Source: an uncultured bacterium
Lineage (GTDB): Bacteria; JAJVIF01; JAPKYR01
Length of the DNA: 16,564 nt
Reading direction: 5' to 3'
NCBI GenBank assembly: GCA_965369865.1
Contig: CBDURU010000084.1
Span: 1 to 16,564 of the forward strand
Position 1 is the first letter of the stretch; every line of letters starts with the position of its first letter. Below the pieces are notes generated by a model. It ran no database searches. It was not told where the DNA came from and was given only the letters and a program-made list of their open reading frames with translations. Shown one piece after another: positions 1 through 7,772 of this stretch. A program made the position numbers and the translations under genes.

Positions 1-1165
1 CGACTCCCTGGGCACCACCAGGCGTAGAGACCGATTTGACAATGTAAGCTGATTCCAGTGGGTCGATATCAATTATCTGAAGTCCTGAGTCAGCATCCGC
101 AACGTACGCGTAAGCTCCCAATACTGCGACTCCCTGGGCACCACCAGGCGTAGAGACCGATTTGACAATGTAAGCTGATTCAAGTGGGTCGTAATCTATT
201 ATCTGAAGTCCGTAATCACCAGCGACATACGCGTAACCTTCCGATACCGTGACTCCCATGACATGATTTAGCGTATCTATCAAGTTGACACTGTAAGCGG
301 ATTCCGGTGGGTCGATATCGATTACCTGAAGTCCTGAATATTCATCCCCGACGTACGCATAGCCTCCCGATACTGCAATTGCAGGGACATCATTACTAGC
401 CAGATTGACTGAATTGACAATGTAAGCCGATTCCGGAGGTTCGATATCGATAATGTGAAGTCGGGATTGACTGGTGACATACGCGTACTCCCCCGATACC
501 GCGACTTCTTTGGCTGTACCAGGTGTATCGACTGAGTTGACAAGGTAAGCAGATTCCGGAGGATCGATATCGAATATCTGAAGTCCCGCACTCCAGTTTG
601 CGGCGTATGCATAACCTTCCGAAACCGCAATCTCGCCATTAATCTCTGAATCCACATCTTTGACAATGTAAGCCGATTCCGGAGGGTCGATATCGAATAT
701 CCAAAATCCTAAATTAGTCGGGACGTAAGCGTAACCTTCCGATGCCGCGACTTCACCACTGGAAGCCCAGGGCAGACCGATTGATTTGACACTATGAGCC
801 GATTCCGGAGGGTCAATGTCGATTATAAAAAGGTTCGGCCCGGCTTGTACCCGACTCGTCATGCACGCATAGCCTCCTGATACCGCGAGTCCACTGACAT
901 TACCAGAAAAATCGATTATTGTGCTGATAATGTGGGCTGATTCCGGAGGATCGATATCAACGATATCAACCTTGGAATTATCAGGCGAACCGGAATAACT
1001 ACTCGCGACAACTGCGCAACTTCCAGATACTACGACTCTAGCGGCACGCCAACTGGTACCAACCCGGTTAATCCAAACCGGATTTTCAGGATCGGAAATA
1101 TCGAATATATGCAGCCCCTTGTAACCTCCAGCTATGTAAGCGTAGTTACCTTCCACACAAATATC
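1..1165 (-). repeat. Intragenic ~126-bp (~42 aa) coding repeats, >=9 units
   Basis: DISDPENP, DIDPPESA (x5), DIEPPESA, DYDPLESA and DIDPLESA recur at ~120-135 bp spacing; 1-55 and 127-181 are identical. Confidence 0.9.
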
Positions 1166-2368
1166 CCGTGGAGAGAAATTCAACCAGGGTGGTGTGACAT
1201 TGATCGGGTAACCGGGATACCATTCTACAACGACAGGGAACACAAGATATGCTGTCAGGTCCAGCCATGGTTCGCCGATTGGATCGTTCTCGTCGGCTTC
1301 TTTCCTGATAAGACACAGGTAATCTCCGGGCGTTGCCAGTTTGACATTCTCGATCTCAGCCTCATATCGCGTAAATCCGTCTTCATCCGAAACCCATGTC
1401 CCCTCAACTTCACCGTCGAACAGCTCGGGGCATTCAACCAGAACCGGATGAGCATCATCCTTTCCCTGCCAGTCATAAACGTCGATCTGAAGCTTCGTTG
1501 TCCCACCCTGCGCATCGAGCCCGGGTCCCAGATCCTGAATATCTATCTTCCATGCCTCAGTGCAGTTTGCATCGGGACCGAAATCCGCTATCGGGTCATC
1601 GACCGGTATGTTTATCGGTGGAGCCCAGGAAGCGTCGACTGCGTAGCCGACAATAAATTCATCGTCCGGCATGTCGATCTCGTGAGTGACAGTGATCGCG
1701 TCACCGATATAAAATGCGTTTCGCGTGTTTTCATCACCTGTAGAAATAAATCGCTTGTAGCCGTTCAAAAGGGCGTTTGGGGGCATATCGGTTGCGAATT
1801 TACACGCAATGTATCCCTGCATGCCTTCCGGACCCGAACCTGCGGTAGTGAAGTTGTAGAGTGTCGTGTATCCGTCCGCGTTGACCAGTTCACCGTCGCC
1901 GAGCGACCGATCCGGTGTGTTGAGCTGGGATACAGGGAAGCTGCGACTTCCGGAAAACATTGCGATGCCTCGGAAATCAAATCCGGTCACGTGGAGATTA
2001 TCGAACGGGTGTGAGATTTCGATGTCGATGAGCACGGTTCCCGACCCGGATTGTTCGATCCCTGTGATCTTGAGGCAATCGGTGCATGGGCCCTGCTCCA
2101 GCCATGAGAGAACATTCCAGTGGATAGATGTCTCCCGAACCGGGACGATCTCGAAATCAATTTCATCGGGATTCGAAGCGTCGATATAAATCAAATTGTA
2201 AAGCAAAAGATTATGATTGCCAGCCCGGGATGTCATTGAATGAGCACCTGGAGCATTCCCAGACATGTATTCGACTTCGTCCGGTAGAGTGGGTGCCGAA
2301 TTGCCGGAGCAGCCGCATATTATCGCCGTCAGCAGGATGGCAAGGAGTTCGTTTCGATATAAAGCCAT
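1..2368 (-). CDS. Large putative lipoprotein with C-terminal LVIVD-like repeat (beta-propeller) region; 3' end lies beyond the left edge
   Basis: Manual translation from ATG at 2368 is open to base 1 (789 codons, no stop, hence not in the ORF track). N-terminus MALYRNELLAILLTAIICG-CSG looks like a signal peptide II with lipobox-like ICGC; GGGGT upstream. From ~1165 down there are >=9 repeats of ~42 aa (V..GYAYVA....GLQIIDIDPPESAYIV..V.TPG). Confidence 0.9.
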   Translation of the reverse strand, partial: MALYRNELLAILLTAIICGCSGNSAPTLPDEVEYMSGNAPGAHSMTSRAGNHNLLLYNLIYIDASNPDEIDFEIVPVRETSIHWNVLSWLEQGPCTDCLKITGIEQSGSGTVLIDIEISHPFDNLHVTGFDFRGIAMFSGSRSFPVSQLNTPDRSLGDGELVNADGYTTLYNFTTAGSGPEGMQGYIACKFATDMPPNALLNGYKRFISTGDENTRNAFYIGDAITVTHEIDMPDDEFIVGYAVDASWAPPINIPVDDPIADFGPDANCTEAWKIDIQDLGPGLDAQGGTTKLQIDVYDWQGKDDAHPVLVECPELFDGEVEGTWVSDEDGFTRYEAEIENVKLATPGDYLCLIRKEADENDPIGEPWLDLTAYLVFPVVVEWYPGYPINVTPPWLNFSPRDICVEGNYAYIAGGYKGLHIFDISDPENPVWINRVGTSWRAARVVVSGSCAVVASSYSGSPDNSKVDIVDIDPPESAHIISTIIDFSGNVSGLAVSGGYACMTSRVQAGPNLFIIDIDPPESAHSVKSIGLPWASSGEVAASEGYAYVPTNLGFWIFDIDPPESAYIVKDVDSEINGEIAVSEGYAYAANWSAGLQIFDIDPPESAYLVNSVDTPGTAKEVAVSGEYAYVTSQSRLHIIDIEPPESAYIVNSVNLASNDVPAIAVSGGYAYVGDEYSGLQVIDIDPPESAYSVNLIDTLNHVMGVTVSEGYAYVAGDYGLQIIDYDPLESAYIVKSVSTPGGAQGVAVLGAYAYVADADSGLQIIDIDPLESAYIVKSVSTPGGAQGV

Positions 2369-2405
2369 TACTATCTACCCCCAGATCATTGATGTCAGCA
2401 TTTTT

Positions 2406-2414
2406 ATTTTACCA
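2406..2414 (-). promoter_or_regulatory. Putative extended -10 promoter for the lipoprotein gene
   Basis: Minus strand TG-G-TAAAAT (TGnTAnnnT), about 38 nt upstream of the ATG at 2368; no good -35. Confidence 0.4.
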
Positions 2415-2486
2415 CATTATTCATGCGCTAATAAATGCGGATGATTCGAGATTTCATCAATCAGCAACAAGCCAGATCAAAACAGT

Positions 2487-3248
2487 CTACGGGGCCAGGT
2501 CATAGTTCTCCTCGATGTAGTCTTCTTCGAACGAGCTGTAAATACCAAAATACACAGTAAAAGTCCATTCACCTGGGAAATCTTCCTGTGTAACTTCTAT
2601 CGCCATAGTTTCGATTCCAACTGCCCACTGCGCTTGAGTTCCATCCCAGTTAGAAGTGCCTCGACGTACCCGCAGACCGGCATCCCCGGCATGCTGCGCG
2701 TAGAAGCCAAACACGAGTTCAGGATCGTCATCTGTAATAAAATTAACAACCAGGCGTCCGAATCCGGGACCACCGCGATGCTTATACTTACCGTGACCGT
2801 CGGGAAATTCAGCACCCGGGTATGGAAAGTAACAGGCCTCATCCAGGATTTGCCGGTCCTGTGCGATCCGCTGCCGATGGATAGCGTTGTATGTGGCAGG
2901 AAGCAGAAGGCCGACCGCCAGGCTTATGAGGCACGCGATTATGGCTACGGTGCGCCATCCACCGGCTGTCCTGCTACGTCTGATCCCGAGAATTCCCCAG
3001 AGCACTGCCTGTCCGAGCATGACCCATGGAGTAATGTCCACAAAGGGGACGTTTGGATCGGGTTCCCCTGACTCCACCGCCGCGATTGCCAGAGTCGCAA
3101 GACCCGTGGTCAGGCAGAATAAAAAAAGCAATAGCCAACCGATGGCCTTTTCCCAGTTGCGTGCGAGGAAGTGATGAACCATCGTTCCCGTGACATAGGG
3201 CAATACCAGGGCCAGCGCGACCGTTGTCAGTACAGGATAAACGTCCAT
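2487..3248 (-). CDS. Hypothetical membrane protein (about 4 N-terminal TM helices plus a soluble C-terminal domain)
   Basis: 253-aa ORF with GGAGGAGG Shine-Dalgarno; hydrophobic segments in the first ~120 aa, polar C-terminal half. Confidence 0.8.
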   Translation of the reverse strand: MDVYPVLTTVALALVLPYVTGTMVHHFLARNWEKAIGWLLLFLFCLTTGLATLAIAAVESGEPDPNVPFVDITPWVMLGQAVLWGILGIRRSRTAGGWRTVAIIACLISLAVGLLLPATYNAIHRQRIAQDRQILDEACYFPYPGAEFPDGHGKYKHRGGPGFGRLVVNFITDDDPELVFGFYAQHAGDAGLRVRRGTSNWDGTQAQWAVGIETMAIEVTQEDFPGEWTFTVYFGIYSSFEEDYIEENYDLAP

Positions 3249-3284
3249 TTTTAATTTTCCTCCTCCGAAATTTGAGTTCTCAAT

Positions 3285-3905
3285 TCAATCTGCATTCTTG
3301 AGCGTTGCCTGCCCTTTCCTGGCTAAAATCTCCCGTATGAGTGTATATGCTCCAAGGACTATGGGCAGTCCCGCCAGGATCCCTGGAATCATCCAGTCGT
3401 CCCACGTTTGCATGTTCTGCAGGTTCCAGTCGAGGATCATCCAGGTTCCCATAGCGATCCCGATACAAATCAACACGATCGCACCAAGTTTCGGGCGAAA
3501 CCAGAGAAGCCAGGCGACTGCAAAAAATGGGAGCGCGAATGCAGCGATCTGCATCAAACCTCCAATCGCGGCTGTCCACTCAATTGGTCGGCTGGAGAAT
3601 CCTCCGATACATTCGGCGAGGCTGAACAAGAAAAAGAAAACGCCACTGATCATGGCCACGATAAACGCAAGCGACGGCATTTTCTTGCCTCGCATGGCCC
3701 ACAGGAACCACGAGATCAACGCAAACGGGATAAAGATAACTGCGATATTCAACAGGAATTCACCCACAAGGCCCGGCTCACCGGCTAATTCCTCGAAGGC
3801 GCTGTCGATCCTGCCAATCCACAAAAAGACGAGAGCAAGCCCTATGAGAAGAGGTATCACCCATGCGTACGATGCTAATCCGTGTTTTTGCTGTTTCTGT
3901 TCCAT
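3285..3905 (-). CDS. Hypothetical polytopic membrane protein (about 6 TM)
   Basis: ORF 3285..3929; ATG at 3905 (MEQKQQ) preferred because GAGGG lies 5 nt upstream; alternating hydrophobic helices. Confidence 0.8.
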   Translation of the reverse strand: MEQKQQKHGLASYAWVIPLLIGLALVFLWIGRIDSAFEELAGEPGLVGEFLLNIAVIFIPFALISWFLWAMRGKKMPSLAFIVAMISGVFFFLFSLAECIGGFSSRPIEWTAAIGGLMQIAAFALPFFAVAWLLWFRPKLGAIVLICIGIAMGTWMILDWNLQNMQTWDDWMIPGILAGLPIVLGAYTLIREILARKGQATLKNAD

Positions 3906-3952
3906 TGTATCCCTCGCGCTTATCTGCAACAGTATTTACTTTTACGTTGCAT

Positions 3953-3981
3953 ATTATACCTGAATACCGACAGGCTGTCAA
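3953..3981 (-). promoter_or_regulatory. Consensus sigma70-type promoter
   Basis: Minus strand TTGACA (3981-3976), 17-bp spacer, TATAAT (3958-3953); 47 nt upstream of the ATG at 3905. Confidence 0.85.
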
Positions 3982-4123
3982 GACTTTTGTGCAACAATTT
4001 TTAAAATATTGTAATTTATAGGGAACAACCAGAATGTTATGCATACCAGGTATTAACCATTATTAGCCACTCTGGATTGTTTTACAGTTTTTCGGGTGAT
4101 TATGATTAAAGTGAGAAATGAAA

Positions 4124-4217
4124 AAACCGTAGAACAGCACGGCAGTGCGTCGAATGGAAGTGCGTCGAAAAGATTATTTTAAGGTGGAAGACGCACTGCC
4201 GTGCTGTTCTACGGTTT
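4124..4217. repeat. Perfect 28-bp inverted repeat; GTAG-type REP doublet-like element, possibly also the terminator of the minus-strand operon
   Basis: AAACCGTAGAACAGCACGGCAGTGCGTC (4124-4151) and its exact reverse complement (4190-4217); each arm has GTAG followed by a small GCAC-GGCA-GTGC palindrome; the A-run at 4121-4126 gives a U-run on the minus strand. Confidence 0.75.
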
Positions 4218-4273
4218 GTCGTTTTTTCGAGGGCTTTAAATGATTAATTTTTCCTATATATGGTGGGAACTTA

Positions 4274-5578
4274 CTAAAACTCCAATGCGGAATACACAAG
4301 TTCGCAGACGGCCTGGACTTCGATGCCCAGCTTGTAATGCTTGTTGAGTTCGAGCAACTGGTCGGCGCAGTTATGGCATGGAGTCGCGACAATTTTTGCT
4401 TCTGTTGCGCTGATTTGATCCGCCTTAACCTTTCCTGAGAGGACGCGACGATCCCCGTATTCGCTCATGGACAGCATTCCACCGCCTCCACCGCAGCAGA
4501 AATTCTGTTCACGGTTGGGAGTCATCTCCACAAAGTCGGATACAACTTTCCTCAGGATTTTTCGCTGCGGCTCGCTCACCCCTCCATAGCGCACTAGGTT
4601 GCATGGATCGTGCAAGGTCACTCGGTCCGTGTTTTTTCCGGGATTGACCTTGATACGGCCTTCCTCGATATATTCGAGCATTATGTCAAGCATGCTGCGA
4701 ACCGGCAGAGAATACTCCCCGCCCATCCAGTTGGGTCCTTCCCACCTGAATGATCTGAACCCGTGCCCACACTCGGAAAGCACAACCTCCTGCGCGCCGA
4801 GCCGTTCGGCTTCATCTATCGCTTGCCTCGTTATTTCAGCCGAGGCCTCGTTATCACCGGAATACAAACCGTAATTGGTCACATCGTAAAACCTGCTCGA
4901 TATCGTCCAGCTCTCACCGGCCGCATGGAAAATACCTGCCGCTGCTGATAATGACAGTGGGAAGAACTTCACTTCCCTGGGATTGACCAGGTAGACAACC
5001 CTCTTATTTGCCTCATCGACAGGAATCCTGACATCATCTGTTCCCATTTCAAGCTGCAGGTCCTCGGAAAGCCATTCCGCTGTCGATCTAAGCTCTTCTT
5101 TGGTAATAGCCATCTGGTTGCCGGTATTGAGCTGGTTATCCACTACAGCTTGAAGATTCTGCGGGACCTTATCCACAGCAGCGAGGATATTTCGCCCGAC
5201 ACGCATTACTGAGCCTATGTCAGCGCCAATGGAGCAATTGATGCCGCACCGCCCACAAGCAGTGCACCTTCCATATACAACCTCAACCAGATCATCCAGT
5301 GCTTCAGGAGTAATATCCTTTGCACCGACAAGGAAAGGCGCCAATCTTCCGAGGATAGTGTGATATCGGCGGTAGTGATTTATTACCTTTGCTGCCTTGG
5401 ATCCCGGGTGATTTTCCGGTACGGGATCTGTTTTGTAAATGTGACAGGTTTCTGCGCATAAACCACACTTAACACAGGAATTCATGTGGTATGCCCCAAG
5501 TCCGTGAATAGCTTTTCTGAGCGTTTCACGTGCTTTTTTTACGGTTTGCTCTGGAGTATTGTATTGGTGCTCCTGCAT
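4274..5578 (-). CDS. DsrK/HmcF-like (HdrD family) Fe-S oxidoreductase with CCG domain
   Basis: Two CX2CX2CX3C motifs (CVKCGLCAETC, CTACGRCGINC), an ECGHG motif, and C-terminal HDPC-X34-CCGGGGG...PCHNC. Start at 5578 (MQEHQY) follows AAGGAG. Confidence 0.88.
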   Translation of the reverse strand: MQEHQYNTPEQTVKKARETLRKAIHGLGAYHMNSCVKCGLCAETCHIYKTDPVPENHPGSKAAKVINHYRRYHTILGRLAPFLVGAKDITPEALDDLVEVVYGRCTACGRCGINCSIGADIGSVMRVGRNILAAVDKVPQNLQAVVDNQLNTGNQMAITKEELRSTAEWLSEDLQLEMGTDDVRIPVDEANKRVVYLVNPREVKFFPLSLSAAAGIFHAAGESWTISSRFYDVTNYGLYSGDNEASAEITRQAIDEAERLGAQEVVLSECGHGFRSFRWEGPNWMGGEYSLPVRSMLDIMLEYIEEGRIKVNPGKNTDRVTLHDPCNLVRYGGVSEPQRKILRKVVSDFVEMTPNREQNFCCGGGGGMLSMSEYGDRRVLSGKVKADQISATEAKIVATPCHNCADQLLELNKHYKLGIEVQAVCELVYSALEF

Positions 5579-5582
5579 CCGG

Positions 5583-6212
5583 TTACTCCTTTGCACCGTG
5601 CTTCACCGGATAGGTTCCCCGATAACCCAGGCGGGCACCGTATTCCGCTCTCGCGATGAAGAAAAATAACGCATGGCTGAGTTTTCCAAGCGGCAGGTAG
5701 AAAAACAGGATCGATGCGTAAATCAATAACGCACCGTTGGAAATTAACCCTATTTCATGCAGTATCGTCGCCAGGAGCAGACCCAGTGATAACATAATAG
5801 AAATGTAATCATCGGGACTGCTCATCAGGCGTAAGTCCTGTGAGTAACACCGCCTGAGAAACAAATAAAGCCCGCACAGTAAAGCAACTCCCGGGATTAC
5901 GCTTACAGGAACCGGCATGGATGGCGCACCGGATGGGTTGATAAGCAAGAGAAGGACTTTGAGAATAGCGATAAAAATTCCGACATGCATCAGGATACCG
6001 ATGATGAATTTCACTGGATGAAGGCTGATGGTTTCCTTGTGAGCGGGGGTCATTGCCCAGGTAAAGTTGTAGATGATCCCAAGGACAGGATTCCCAGCTC
6101 TTACACTATAATCCTTACGTCCACCTCCACGAGCGAGGATCCATTGGACGAGAAGGCCAATTACCGCCCATGCGATGCTAACCAGAAGAATTATCCTTTC
6201 TGAAGTAAACAA
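5583..6212 (-). CDS. NarI/DsrM/HmcE-like membrane cytochrome b subunit
   Basis: Five hydrophobic segments; MHVGIF, RR...RLMSSPDDY and YLPLGKLSH match NarI/DsrM-family patterns; directly upstream of the DsrK-like gene. Start uncertain (TTG 6212 or ATG 6230); the track start at 6317 overlaps dsrC too far. Confidence 0.75.
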   Translation of the reverse strand: MFTSERIILLVSIAWAVIGLLVQWILARGGGRKDYSVRAGNPVLGIIYNFTWAMTPAHKETISLHPVKFIIGILMHVGIFIAILKVLLLLINPSGAPSMPVPVSVIPGVALLCGLYLFLRRCYSQDLRLMSSPDDYISIMLSLGLLLATILHEIGLISNGALLIYASILFFYLPLGKLSHALFFFIARAEYGARLGYRGTYPVKHGAKE

Positions 6213-6216
6213 GTCG

Positions 6217-6525
6217 CTACACGCACCCATCAGGCTTTGGTAAACCTGCGACCCGACAGGCTCCGCGCGCGGGACCGGAGGTGTACAGCTTGTATATTTG
6301 ACGGACACCAACGTCAAGTTTTTTACATATCAACCTTACCGCCGGGGCAAGATCATGCTCTTTCCAGTAATCCCTGATGAAGTTGACGATTTTCCAGTGA
6401 TCCTCGGTCATTTCATCAATACCTTCGTCATTCGCGATCGCACGCGCGACCTCATCGTTCCAGAGTTCCGGATCAAGCATGAATCCGTCGTTATCTAATT
6501 CAATCGGAGTGTTGTTGACTTTCAA
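6217..6525 (-). CDS. dsrC: DsrC/TusE-family sulfur relay protein with both C-terminal cysteines (DsrC type)
   Basis: ELDNDGFMLDPELWNDEVA...HWKIVNFIRDYW...GPARGACRVAGLPKPDGCV (C-X10-C-V). TTG start at 6525 with GGGAG 8 nt upstream. Confidence 0.92.
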   Translation of the reverse strand: MKVNNTPIELDNDGFMLDPELWNDEVARAIANDEGIDEMTEDHWKIVNFIRDYWKEHDLAPAVRLICKKLDVGVRQIYKLYTSGPARGACRVAGLPKPDGCV

Positions 6526-6544
6526 ATCAAATTCTCCCGTTAAA

Positions 6545-7750
6545 TCATGATTTCTCGATCCCGCTGACGACTGCCGGACGATCGGCCGAGATTTCAGCAA
6601 CCGCACGAATCGAAGTTTCAATGTGATCCTTAGTATTTAAAGGGCCAATTGAAAAACGAACCGTACCCCTGGGAGCCGAACCGTGATGCTCATGAATCAG
6701 TGGAGCACAATGCAGACCGGTGCGTGTCTGGATACCGTATCCAACATCGAGTATCGTCCCGACATCCTGCGCATCGTAGTTTGCCACAGTAATCGACATT
6801 GTTGCTATCCGGTTCTCTAATTTTCTGGTTCCCCAGAATTTAATTCCCTGGATTTCCGAGAAACCTGCTTGGAGCATCTCGAATAACTCCATTTCGTGGG
6901 CATATATGTTATCGATCCCCTTGTCCTGGACCCACTTAAGACCAGCTTGTAACCCCGCAATACCAGCCAGGTTCAGTGTCCCGGCTTCCAGCCTGTAGGG
7001 ATATTCTTCGAGATGGTATGAAACCGCGCTGCGTACCCCTGTACCGCCGTAGACTGTGCCGGTGATTTCAGCATCGTCCGAAACGCAGATCCCACCTGTG
7101 CCGGTGGGACCGTATAAAGCCTTGTGACCCGTAAAGCATAGGAAGTTAATGTTACATTCTGCCATATCGATTGGCAGGACCCCGGCAGTTTGAGCCACAT
7201 CCACCGCAAACTGCACTCCCGCATCTTTACATACGGCACCGATAGCCTTCAGATCCTGGACTACACCCGTAACGTTCGAGCCGTGATTCACGATCACCAG
7301 AACCGTATTCTTTCTTATAGCTTTATGGATATCCTCCGGATCGACATAACCTTCATCATCAGGCTTAACGAATGTCGCTTCTGAACCTGCCTTGACCTTG
7401 TGATTCACCGGACGGATTACCGAGTTGTGTTCGACCATCGTTGTGACGATATGGTCACCGGGCTTGACCGTACCATTGATTACAAGGTTAAGGCTCATCG
7501 TAGCGTTCAGGGTAAAAACAAGGCGATTCGGATCCTTGATCCTGCCAGCTTCGATCAAACTCCTGTTAAATAATTCGGAGAACGCCCTTCGGGTACCATG
7601 AATCATTTCCTCGGCTTTAATTGCCAGGTCACAACCGGTCCGCCCGGGATTGACACCGGTCGTGCTGTAGAAATCGCGGACTGCATCGTGAACAATATCC
7701 GGTTTCGGAAAACTGGTAGCCGCATTGTCGAGATAGATTAATTTGTCCAT
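6545..7750 (-). CDS. Cysteine desulfurase family protein (class V aminotransferase, group II-like RxGxHCA motif)
   Basis: YLDNAATSFPKP, EHNSV, DVAQ, FTGHK (PLP lysine), EAGTLN, RTGLHCAP (catalytic Cys). ATG at 7750 follows GGGGGTG. Confidence 0.92.
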   Translation of the reverse strand: MDKLIYLDNAATSFPKPDIVHDAVRDFYSTTGVNPGRTGCDLAIKAEEMIHGTRRAFSELFNRSLIEAGRIKDPNRLVFTLNATMSLNLVINGTVKPGDHIVTTMVEHNSVIRPVNHKVKAGSEATFVKPDDEGYVDPEDIHKAIRKNTVLVIVNHGSNVTGVVQDLKAIGAVCKDAGVQFAVDVAQTAGVLPIDMAECNINFLCFTGHKALYGPTGTGGICVSDDAEITGTVYGGTGVRSAVSYHLEEYPYRLEAGTLNLAGIAGLQAGLKWVQDKGIDNIYAHEMELFEMLQAGFSEIQGIKFWGTRKLENRIATMSITVANYDAQDVGTILDVGYGIQTRTGLHCAPLIHEHHGSAPRGTVRFSIGPLNTKDHIETSIRAVAEISADRPAVVSGIEKS

Positions 7751-7772
7751 ATACACCCCCATTTTTATCGTT

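Noticed and set aside
1..1165. Regularly spaced DNA repeats as a possible CRISPR array
   Set aside because: Period ~126 bp, degenerate at third codon positions, and fully explained by protein repeats.
1109..2014. 301-aa plus-strand ORF (and other short ORFs within 322-2505)
   Set aside because: Antisense or alternate-frame shadows of the 789+-codon minus-strand lipoprotein; no recognisable motifs.
2375..2401. In-frame mini-ORF MLTSMIWG ending in TAG just upstream of the lipoprotein start (read-through or leader peptide?)
   Set aside because: It has no RBS, overlaps the likely transcription start and Shine-Dalgarno, and the ATG at 2368 already gives a complete signal peptide.
3298..3963. 221-aa plus-strand ORF
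   Set aside because: Antisense to the membrane protein that has its own RBS and perfect promoter.
4174..4392. 72-aa minus-strand ORF
   Set aside because: Overlaps the DsrK-like 3' end and runs into the inverted repeat; no coding signal.
4274..6525. Calling the organism a dissimilatory sulfate reducer or sulfur oxidiser
   Set aside because: No dsrAB, aprAB, sat or dsrEFH in the window; dsrC/MK-like genes alone are not diagnostic.
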